A stretch of 64,000 nt of DNA from an uncultured Verrucomicrobiae bacterium (lineage in GTDB: Bacteria > Verrucomicrobiota > Verrucomicrobiia > Limisphaerales > JAFGQR01). The stretch lies in contig CAWBHS010000058.1 of NCBI GenBank assembly GCA_963788655.1, positions 58,645 through 122,644 on the forward strand, in the 5' to 3' direction. Below the pieces are notes generated by a model. The model worked only from the letters and a program-made list of their open reading frames with translations, had not been told where the DNA came from and made no database searches. Within the stretch, counting starts at the first letter, position 1, and each line of letters begins with the position of its first letter. Both the position numbers and the translations under genes were made by a program. This document shows positions 1-10,323 of this stretch, one piece after another.

Positions 1-605
1 AGTTCCACGTCGATCGCCTGCATCTGCAGCGTCACCAGCGGACCAAGCCGGGACATACCTTGGTCCAGCCCCAGCAAGGCAACCGTGAGGTGATCACCCC
101 CTTCGGCGGCCAGTGCTTCGGCGCGTTCGATGAACAATTCCGGACCGGGCGCGGACGAGTGATCGATGGCCCGCGCATAATCTTCCGCCGCCGACAAACG
201 TTCGCCCAATTTCACTTTGGCGCGCGCACGGGTGATCAGCGCTTCGACGTGATGCGGCGTGACCTCCAGGAAACGGTCCGCCGCCACTTTGGCGCTCTCG
301 TACCATCCGGCGTCGAGAAACAAGCGGGCGCGTGCCAGGTGCAGGACCGGCCATTGATTGCTCAGCCCTTCCGCCCGCTCGAGGTCGGCCAATGCCGCGT
401 CCCAGGTGCCGTGAGCCTGGTGGAGCAGGGCGCGACGCAAATAGAGCACCGGGTCACGCGGCTGTGCTTCGATTTCTTTTGTGAGCAGGAGAATTTGCTC
501 GTGCAGCCCGCCATGGGCCCAGGCGCTGGATACGAATCCGGCACAAAGCCAGATCAAGGCGAGCGCGGCAACAAGGCGCCAAGTAGTTGCCCTGGGCCGT
601 AGCAA
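1..605 (-). CDS. Secreted tetratricopeptide-repeat protein (runs off left edge; not in ORF track)
   Basis: Manual minus-strand translation from TTG at 605: signal peptide ...LVAALALIWLCAGFVSSAWA then HGGLHEQILLLTKEIEAQPRDPVLYLRRALLHQAHGTWDAALADLERAE...EALITRARAKVKLGERLSAAEDYARAI, i.e. tandem TPR-like helices; same strand and downstream of the giant phosphatase. Start codon uncertain. Confidence 0.8.
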   Translation of the reverse strand, partial: MLRPRATTWRLVAALALIWLCAGFVSSAWAHGGLHEQILLLTKEIEAQPRDPVLYLRRALLHQAHGTWDAALADLERAEGLSNQWPVLHLARARLFLDAGWYESAKVAADRFLEVTPHHVEALITRARAKVKLGERLSAAEDYARAIDHSSAPGPELFIERAEALAAEGGDHLTVALLGLDQGMSRLGPLVTLQMQAIDVE

Positions 606-609
606 TTGA

Positions 610-743
610 GTAGGACAGGCGTCCCGCCTGTCTCGAACGGCAGCAAGCCGGGGATTTAGTTTGCGGCGCCAAAACCGCCTCAACGTCATCCAAGAGTGAG
701 GAAAGCCCCGGGTGATTCGAGACAGGCGAGACGCCTGTCCTAC
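610..743. repeat. REPIN/MITE-like element family A, copy 1 (28-bp terminal inverted GTAG-REPs)
   Basis: GTAGGACAGGCGTCCCGCCTGTCTCGAA (610-637) and TTCGAGACAGGCGAGACGCCTGTCCTAC (716-743) are 27/28 reverse complements; each arm is itself a hairpin; second copy at 56948-57079. Confidence 0.85.
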
Positions 744-810
744 AAAAACGCGCGCGACAACTGTTCCAATGCACCGAAACAGTACCATTCCTGAATGCCC
801 GACAGTCAGT

Positions 811-959
811 CGCGTCAGCGTTTGGAGTGCGTCCGGCTTGCCGGCGCTTTCGGCGGTAACGCGACGTGGCAGTTCCTTCGAGACGTGTCTTGGCTCTTTG
901 CAGGTGCGCCATCCCTTGCGAAAGCGGGAGCAAGCTCCACGCACTCCAGACGCTTCGCG
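811..959. repeat. REP-like inverted pair, family B (TGGAGTGCG...CGCACTCCA)
   Basis: AGCGTTTGGAGTGCGTCCGGCTTGCCGGCGCTTTCG (818-852) pairs imperfectly with CGAAAGCGGGAGCAAGCTCCACGCACTCCAGACGCT (919-954). Confidence 0.7.
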
Positions 960-1028
960 AGGTACGATGATCACTGTTGTCATAATATTCGATGCGGTTT
1001 TTGGTCTGTCCCGGCTCGTATTTCCATC

Positions 1029-4000
1029 CTACTGACTGCTCACCCGGATGCGGTAAAACCGCGCTGGATGTTTTGGATCAAGCGGCACCGTGATAGTTTG
1101 TGAACCGGCGGCGAAGGTGAGGTTCGTCCAGTTCTGCCACGGGGTTTGCTCCGTCAGGTCATCTTTATACTCCACGATATGGTTTACTCCCGGAACGCTC
1201 TGGACGATGAAGCTCAAGGAGGTGCCATTGCCGGTAAGGAACGGCGGCTCAATCTCCGGCGCATCGGGGCCATCAACGACCGACTTCAGCAAAGTGTAGT
1301 GGTCGAGGAAGGTGCTGTTGATCCCCAGGAATTTTACGTCGAGCCGGCCGCCGTTTACGTCCAGGAGGATCGAGCCGAGTTGATTCAGGGAAATGAAATG
1401 GGCCGGGTGATTCAACGGCCCACCCGTAATCTGGCCGCTACTGCCACCAACCATGTAAACGACGCCTTGCCCCTGGTCGTTTTTGTGATAGGCACCACTG
1501 TCCTCTTCTCGTCCGCTGCCCCCGTCGATTTTCATGGCCTCAGTGAGCGTGCTGGAAAGCCCATAATGACCATTCAGCAGATAGGAGCGTTCGAGGCAAT
1601 GACTGTGGCCGGAGAGCACCAGGTCCACGCCATAGCTCTCCAAAATCGGGACGATGTTCTCGCGAAGCTCGATGAGTTCGGTCTCGCGATCGGAGTCGTG
1701 GCTGCCTTTCGTGTACGGCGGATGATGGAAGAAGACGACCACCCAATCCTGCATGGTGGCGGACAGATCGCTTTCCAGCCATTCGGCCATCGAGCTGGTG
1801 GCGCTGCGGGTGCTGGTCATCGAGTCCAGGCAGACGAAGTGGACGTTGCCGTAGTCGAACGAATAGTATTTTTCCGTTCCCGAGGCAATTCCGCCCGCCT
1901 CACCGTTCTGGGGCAGGGAAAAAATGTCGAGATACGGAAAGGAGGTGGCCGTGAAGGACTGATCGGTTTCGTGATTGCCGATGGTAGGCCACAGGAAGAG
2001 ATTGCGCAGCGTGGAGGGATACATGTCAAACAACGCGATTTGATGCTGCTGATCGGTCCCGGCCGGATACGCATTGTCCCCCAGCATCATCCAGATGTCC
2101 GCGGGCCCGTTGGTGGCGGCAAAGCGGTAATACGCTTCGCGCACGTTGGCCTGATTGACCTCGCCGGACGCGCCGTAGCCGGCGGTGCCGGAGTCGCCCA
2201 ACGCCCAAACGCGAATATGTCGGCGGGTGCCGGGCACCGGCGACGTGTTGAACCAATAGTTGGAACCGGCCTTGGCGCCGCCCGCCAGTGTGTAGTCCGA
2301 ACTGCCAATGGCGTAGTAGTATTGCGTGTCGGGCTGCAAGCCGCTGACTTGGACAATGTGTTCCGTGGTGATCTCGTTTTGCACGGCGCGGTTCGTCAGA
2401 CTGTCCAAGTCCGTACCGTAGAGCACAACACCATCCGAACTCTCGCTGGTACGCCACCGCACGATGCCGCCGGTGGGGGTGCCGCTTTGGAGGTACGGAC
2501 CTCGGGTGACCAACGGCAGCGGCAGGTTGGTATCCAGCAGATACGTCCACCCTTCCCCCGCAAACGGATTGGGCGGCGAAGCCAGGTCGTAAATGTCCAA
2601 GGGATCCGCCCAAGACACTTGCACCAGACCCGGCTCGGGTTGCTCGAACAGGAACGTGTATTCCACACCTTCGTTGCTGACGCTGCTGGCCGGCACGCCA
2701 TTGAGCAACAGGTCAGCAGCGTCCAACCCCGCCACCCTTTCATTGAACGTCATAAGAATCCGCGTCAGATTTCGCAACGTTGCTTCCGGTGCCGGATTCA
2801 CGTTCACCAAGGCCGGTGGAATACTGTCCACGATTTGGTAGGTCCAAGTCGCGCCGGGCCCGGTGGCATCAAACGGATTATTGACCGGCAAGGCCTGGTC
2901 ATAAATGCCGTGGCCAGGCGCCCAGCTAACGACTGCCACCGAAGCGTTGGGCGGTGGAAAAGCAAAAGTATAGGTCGCGCCATCACCACTGACATTCGTC
3001 GCCGCCATGCCATTGATGAGCAGGTCACTGGCATCCACTCCCCGTACCGTTTCGGTGAAGGTAACGGTCACATGGTCAAAGACTGTCACCACGCCGTTCG
3101 TGGAAGGATCCTGCGTCGCCACGGTGGGCGGAGTGTGGTCCAGCAACGTGTAGTTCCACGTCGAGCCGGGGGCGGACGGGGCGAATGGCACCGGCGGATC
3201 TTCGGTGTCGGTAATCGCGAGGTCGGAGGCCCACGTTACAAAAACCAGTCCGTACGGCGGCTGCCCGAACGCAAACGTGTAGGTGTCGCCACTGCCGGTC
3301 ACCCCGTTGGCGCCCACGCCATTGACTTTCATGTCCCCGGCTTTCACCCCCATCACCGGCTCGCTGAACGTCACGGTGATCTGCGTTAGATCGTTGACGG
3401 TCGCACCTGCCGCGGGCATCTGGCCAACCACAATGGGCGCGCTGGGATCGAGCAGGTTGTACTGCCAGGTCGCTCCCGCGCCGGTTCCGTTAAATGTCCG
3501 CGCTGGGGTATCGAAGTCCGCGATGCCGTGGCTGGCGGCCCAGGTAATGGCCACCGTGCCGAACGTCGGTTGCGGGAAGCTGAAGGTATAGACCTCGTTT
3601 TCGGCACCGCTGGTGACCGAACGTCGCCGGCACGCCGTTCACCAGGAAGTCCGCCGCGTCCACACCGCTCACCGGTTCGTTGAAAGTTACGGTAACGTTC
3701 GTCAAGTCGAACCGGCTGCCCGCCGGCGGGTTGACGCGAATGACACCCGGCGCAACCAGACTGGAATTGTACCGGTAGCAATTAAGCTGGGCATCGAAGT
3801 TGAAGTCGTCGTTGGTGGCCGCGTAATTGAAGGCCTGGATGGCCAGAACATTCGTGCCTTCGTGCAAATAACCAAACGGATCGGGCAAGGCGTAAATGAC
3901 CGTCGCGGCTCCATACGGAGCCGTTTCGGCGACTTCCGATAGGGCCGTGCCATAGTAGGGCAGATCACCCAGCGAGACGTTGTAGCGATACACTTCAACG

Positions 4001-7000
4001 CCGTTGATCCAGGCGATGAATCCGTCGTCGCTCTGCGCTTTGAGCAGCAGGTTGGTGATGCTGAGCGCTTTCGTGACCTGGAATTCCTTGCGGAGGAAGA
4101 GGCTCGAGTAGTGCTCCCGCATGTCACTGAGCAGCGAGCCGCCTTGGTTGTAGCTTTCGTAGGGGTCGCCGTAGAACATCGGCGCTGGCAGATCGTCCCA
4201 ACTCGAGGCATCGAAACCCGGCTCGCGCCAGGCGCTGGATGGTGCGGAAGCTTCGGCCAGGCCGCGTAACAGACGCCAGGCGCTGTTGGTCTGAATCAAC
4301 ACCGAATTCGCGTTGACCACATACGTCCACGTTGGTGGCGACGGCGCAAAAGCGTTCGCCGGCGTGGCCTGATCGGTAATGCCATGATTGGAGGCCCACC
4401 GCACAATCGTCAGCCCGTACGGCGGCGGCGGGAAGATGAAGGTGTAGGTGGAGCCGAATCCGGCCACGCCCGTGGCGGGCGCATTGCGCACCAACAGGTC
4501 GGCCGCATCCACGCCCACCACCGGTTCGCTGAAGACCACGGTGATTTGACTGAGGTTGGTCACGCTGGCGCCGACCGGCGGATCAAGCGCAAGCACTGTG
4601 GGCGCCACGTTGTCCGGGATCGTATAGCTCCAACGCGCGCCCGCTCCATTTTGATCGAACGGCAGCGAAGCCGGATAACCCTTGTCGGTGATCCCGTGCG
4701 CCGGCGACCAGGTGAGGTAGGTGGAGCCGGGCCCGGGCGGGGTGACGGTGAACGTGTAGTTGGATCCGTTGCCGTTCACCGCGATGGCCGGCGTGCCGTT
4801 GACCAACAAGTCGGCGGCATCCACGCCATATACATCTTCGCTGAACGTGACTTCAATGGTCGTCAACTCGGCCAACGTCGCTCCGCGCGGCGGATCGATG
4901 ACCGCAACGACCGGCGCGATCGTGTTGGTTAGCGGAGGAGTGATGATGACGGTGAACACCGGGGACGTTGCCTGCAAGCCCGACGCGTCGAACGCCACCG
5001 CCGTCAAATCCGATACCCCAAAAGCGGCATCTGTCCAAACCATGCTGTAGGGGGAGGTGGCGTCGGTGCCAATCAACGCGCCGTTCGCCAGGAACTGCAC
5101 GTTGGTGATCCCGGCCACCGAGCTGGCCGTGGCGGCAATCTCGAGATCGGTGAACCCGAAGAAGTCGTCTTCGTGCGGCTCGGTCAGTACGATGTATGGC
5201 TTGGCGCCGACTTCCTCCAATCGCACCGCCACCGGCGCGTAGGCATAAGGCCCGGGCGGATCATTGCCCGGGGCCGGTCCCTGATAAAGCGTGGATACGA
5301 TGGTAAACGTGCCATCCACGCCCGGCGCAATGTCGTCCCAGCCCACCACGTCGCCGGTGGAGTTGTCGCCGGTGTTCATCGCCGCTTCATCCGGATACAA
5401 TGCTCCCGGACTCGTCGTGCTGGTCAGCACGTTGGCGGTGTGCGCCGCCGTGAACGCCCGGGCGCCAATGATGGCGAACAACGTCCAGCGGTTCTTGAAA
5501 TCCGCCACGCCGCCCACGGCGGTGCCCCGGAAGTTGTAGCGCCGGTTGGGATCGAGGCCGGAGAAGAAATGGAACACGACCGATTCCCGGTTCAACACAA
5601 TGGCATGATTGGCCCCACCCGAACCGAAGTCGATGTAGCTGTTAAAAATGTCGTAGGCGGGCGTGCCCGATGGCGGCGCTCCGAATATCGGGTCGCCCAT
5701 TGCGCCCAAGGCGAAAACGCTCAGGAATGCCGACACCGGTTGGCCGGAGGCAATGTTCCGGAGAATTCCTTCCTCCCCGGGAGCCCCATCTGCCGTGCCA
5801 AAGGCATTCCAGGCGCTGGCATAGGGATGGGTGTTGGGACCGGCGTAGTGATCGTTATAGGCCACCCAGCCAGAGGTGCGCTCAAACACCGTCACGGTGA
5901 TTGGTTTCGTGTTGTGCGCGCCGCCATTGTCAGTCGCCACCGCGGCAAAATGATAGATACCGGGGGGCCGGCCGTTCACCTGGAACGTCAGCGCGTTGGT
6001 TGACGTAGCAAGCAGCGTGTTTCCTTCGAACAGGGACAGGTTGGTGACGGTACCATCCGGGTCGGATGCTTCGACATCCAGGACGATTTGGGCGGGGTTA
6101 AAGAACCAGTCGCCATCGGCCACCTGAAGAAATTGGATCACTGGCAGTTGATTGCGAATGATCTCCGGCAGTCCCAGCAATTGGAGATCGAAACTCAGAT
6201 CGGAGCTGTCGGGTGCTTGTTGATGAATTTCGACCGCCAGTAGATTGGTGCCCGCCACCAAGTCAGCAATGTTCAGCGTGACCGTGTCCACCGTATCTTC
6301 CACGCCGAAGCCCGTGGCCAGCGTCGTGTACGTGATCGGCTCCGGCGCCGGTGGCAGATTGTCCGTGCGGAACACTTCCTTGCCGTTGAGATACACCACG
6401 CCACCGTCGTCGCGCAGAAGCGACAGCGTCAGGCTGCTAAAGGACGCCGCATTTTCGACGACAAACGCCCGCCGGAAGTAGGTCGTGATGTATTTATTAT
6501 TTTCCTCGGGGCCGAAACTGACCACCGTGGTTTCGTCACCATCGCCATACCCCAGTTGGGCCGGACCGTTGCTCCAACCGCGGTCATCAAAGGCCGCGGC
6601 AAACCAGTTGGTGCCCTGGTCCGAACCATCGTCAAGATACTTCCAGTCCGAACCGTCCGACACCACCGGCTCGGCCACGGCAATCCAGACAAGCGTTGAG
6701 AGATACGTGTTCCCTAATTCGTCAGTACCCCGGGCACTCAACCGGTGCAATCCCGGAGTCACTTCACCCCAAACAGTGCTGTAAGGTTCGGTGTTATCTT
6801 CTCCGACCGTTTCGCCATTCACCAGAAACTCGACGTTCGTGATCGTGCCGGACGGCAGCACTGCCACTGCCCGGAGGGTGATCGGATTGGCGTTCAGAAA
6901 CGTGTCACCGTCCGCCGGCGATACCAAGGTCATGCCTACATTGAACACCGCCACGTTGACAATGGCTGACGTTGCGCTCAGGCCGATTCCATCAGTTACG

Positions 7001-9546
7001 ACCGCATACAGGTGGTTGGTGCCGGCTGGAAGATTGTTCGCCGTGACGCTGTACGGTTCGTTCGTTGACGTTCCAAGGAACAGTTCACCACTATAGAAAT
7101 CCACTGTGACAACCGCCGCGTGGGGCGAACTGGCAGTCGCCGACAGCGTCACCTCGTCGCCCGTCATAAAGACACTGTTATTGGCCGGTTCGGTCAGGGT
7201 GACTGACGGCGGCATTTCCAGGTGCAACTCGATTGTGCCTGTGGCTGGCGGCGGCGGCGGAAAACCGAAATTACGCATACCGCCGATTTGAATTTGGTAT
7301 TGCGTCCCCGCCTCCACATTGAAGGTCACCAGGCTCACGTCACTCGATCCGGGAGCGTTGTCGTTGAAGGCGACTTGGCGCAGATTGCTGACGTTGTTAC
7401 CCGTATAAACGCCCAGGGACGTGTTGAAGCTGCTGCCAAACGTGTCAATGCGCACCGTTCCACTGATGGGCGCCGTCCAACTCCACCACAACGTCGCTCC
7501 GTAGCCTTGGAAGAAACTGCCCGTGGGTTCCCGGTTCTCGGTCGTGGCGCCGTTGTTGGAACCCGTGGCGCTGGCCACCGGACCGACCAGCGTAATGCGA
7601 TTGTTAAAATTGTCATTGGCCAACGGATCATAAACGCCCGCCACCTGATTGGTCGCAGTGGAAGTGATTCTTCCCAGACTGTCGGTGGCGACCGCATGGA
7701 TCGTGTGGCTGCCCAGCGCAATCGCAGGCACAACCAGGGTGTATGGAGCGGTGCTGACCGTTCCCAGTGACAGTTCATCCAGGAAAAACTCGACGTTATC
7801 CACCGTCACTGGAAGGGCGACGGAAACAGTGGCGCGCGCGGTAAATCCAGCATTGGTCGCGATGTTCTGCCCGTTGTTCGGACTGGTCAGCGTCGCCGCC
7901 AGCGGATTGGGCAGGATGGTGATGACATTGCTGGTGGAGTTGGCTTGTTGCGCGTCCGGCAGGGAACTGTCCGTCGCGTGAACGTAACTGGTGTAGCTGC
8001 CTACCGGCAAAATGCCCAGGTTGGTCGCAAAGGGCGGCGTGTGCAGGGTACCGACCGGTAGGTCATTAGTGTAAAACGTCGCCGTGTAAGGCGCCGCGCC
8101 GCCGCCAACAAATGCACTGAGCGATACCGCTTCGCCATAACTGTAAATGGTGCCGTCCTCCGGGGACAGGATGGCCGCCAGCGGCCCGGTGATATGAATG
8201 GTGTGCATCGGCGAATTGCTCCCCCACCCCAACGCATCCGTCACGGTAGCCTGAACGGTGTGATCCCCGACAAACAGCGGTCCAAAACTGTGCTCGTACG
8301 GCGTCTCAATCACCGGTTCACCATCGGCCACGTCGTCCAGGAAAAATTGCACGCTGTATGGCGGCAGCCCGCCAGCGACAATGACCATGCCTGGCACCAC
8401 GACGTTATGATCAAACGAAGCATCCGGTTCCGGTTCCGCCAGCGTGACGGCGAGCGGATCGGCCACCAGAAACGTGTTGGTCGCTGAAACGGCAGTGGCC
8501 GGCGTCTCCGCGCTGTCAGTGGCCACCGCATACAAGCCGTAATTACCCGCTGGCAGGTCCGCCAATTCTATCGTGTACGGCGGTGTAGCACTCGATCCCG
8601 CGGAGGCGAACACATCATTGCCAATCCCACTGTTGGTAAAATATTCGACCGTGTAGGGCGCCGTACCACTGACGACGCGAACAGCAGTGCTGACGGGACT
8701 GCCCGCGACAAACACCGCGTCCGAGCCCGGCTCGTCCAGCAAACACGCAAAGGCCACCGGCATGCCCGCCGTCACCTGCAAGGAGAAATTGTCAATCTCA
8801 TTGGCCACGTCGTCTCCGAACCCCGCAGCATTATCGTCCACCCAGACCACATACAGATTGGCTCCGTCCGGCCAATCCACGTCCACGCTGGCGCTCATCG
8901 GTGTCGTGCCGTCGGCTGAAGCCGTGGTATTCAAGGCCGGTACATTAGTCCAACTGCCGGCTTCGCCAGTGAGACTGAAATACACTCGGGTTCCTTGTCC
9001 GCTGTCCTCGGGAATCCCTTCACCCGCGAGGGTGAGCAAATAGCCGATCGTAAGTTGCGTGGCATTGGTTTTGGTGTTGTTCACGAACTGGCCCATCAGG
9101 ACCGTGTAACGGTTGCCGGTAGGCCGGGTGAGCAGGTACAAGCCGCTGGAACTCCACATCGCCGCTCCGTTCTTGGCCGGCGGATCCTCGGGATCGGACA
9201 GCGTAGGGGCGACCACGAGGTCGGCCGTAAGGTTGGCGTTTACGTCCGTGTCCATATCGTAATTGTCCGACGCCGAACCCACAGCACTGTAAGTTGACCA
9301 GTCCGCGGCCACGGGTTGAAGCTCGAACGAATTGGTGTAGCCGGACCCGGCGTTCACGCTGGCCGCATTAGCCCTGACCGTAAGGCACAGCGCCGCGACC
9401 AGAACCGCCATGGTCCAACGGCGCCGAAGCTTAAAGGCCAGAGCGACAACGGCGAGGGTACACATCAGGTTGCTCATGGGACTCCTGACACTGAATTGAG
9501 AAGGCACGGCCGGCGCCCGAAAATCATGGCTCAAACTTGGGTTCAT
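1029..9546 (-). CDS. Giant secreted Ig-repeat protein with C-terminal purple acid phosphatase (metallophosphoesterase) domain, ~2,800 aa; one frameshift near 3620
   Basis: ORFs 3490-9546 and 1029-3554 join if one base is removed at ~3620 (VNGVPAT-SVTSGAENEVYTFSFPQP). Signal-like N-terminus, many bacterial Ig-like repeats (VEFF...G...PY...ATD), a PPC-like domain, two lectin-like DDG domains, six SbsA-type Ig repeats, PAP N-terminal FN3 (VTRGPYLQ) and all PAP metal motifs GDSG, GDNAY, GNHE, HHPPY, GHSH; C-terminal ...ARFYRIRV domain. Confidence 0.85.
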
Positions 9547-10143
9547 TGCTTCTTTTTGTCTTATTTATTTTGTGACTATACCTTATCTATGCGCAAAGCT
9601 GACTAAAAGTCCGCAAAGTTTTTTCAGAGGACACTTTTTTCACGACGTTGAAGCGTTGAAGCACAGGCGTGGTGGCGACGAATATGAGAGAAAATGGGCA
9701 CTCTGATTCCCAACTGCAATTCAGTGGCTCAAAGCTGGGGCGAGGGGGTGAGGGATTTAGCCGCGGTGCCGGCGTGAAGAAACCGCCCTGAGTTCGGATC
9801 GGACCAGTCGCCGCAGTGGCGAACTGGAGGCGCGGAGCGTGCGGAGGGAGGCCAGTCTCTTACCGACGCCCTGGTGCGATGCACGCTCAACACCAAAAAA
9901 CTACTGCATAGATACGGCTTATCCAGCTCAAAAAGCAAAGGGCGAAGTAACGCACAATTGAGACAGGCGCTCCCGCCAGGCGGGATTGAATACCGCTCCT
10001 TAAGAGCGACTCCTTACGGAGTGATTCGTCTTGCGAATATGTCCTGACGCCCCGGCCTGAAGTCTCATGGCCGGCTTTTGGACCCGTGCTATCACTTCGC
10101 CGGTTCTGTGGGTAACACAAGAAGGCGCGGAAGCAAACTGAAA

Positions 10144-10166
10144 GTTATTCACCGTTATTCACCGTT
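10144..10166. repeat. 10-bp direct tandem repeat (GTTATTCACC x2.3) in divergent promoter region
   Basis: GTTATTCACCGTTATTCACCGTT seen directly, ~160 bp upstream of the 10324 start. Confidence 0.5.
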
Positions 10167-10323
10167 TCCGATTGCAAAAACCTGTTCCCTCTTCGGCTGA
10201 CGAGAGTTAATCTGCGCCCATGCCCGCTGCGACAATGGCACTGTCCGAACAAACTGGGAAACGGCACAAAGTTTGCCCCTGCTGTGTACGCCTTAATAAT
10301 TTCACGCTGACGGCCACGACGTC

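Noticed and set aside
60..3389. Long plus-strand ORFs 60-602 and 1146-3389 and similar antisense ORFs across the window
   Set aside because: Antisense shadows of real high-GC genes; no recognisable motifs.
10200..10290. c-di-GMP-I riboswitch (GGGCAAAC on minus strand)
   Set aside because: Lacks the GAAA tetraloop and GCAAAG receptor elements.
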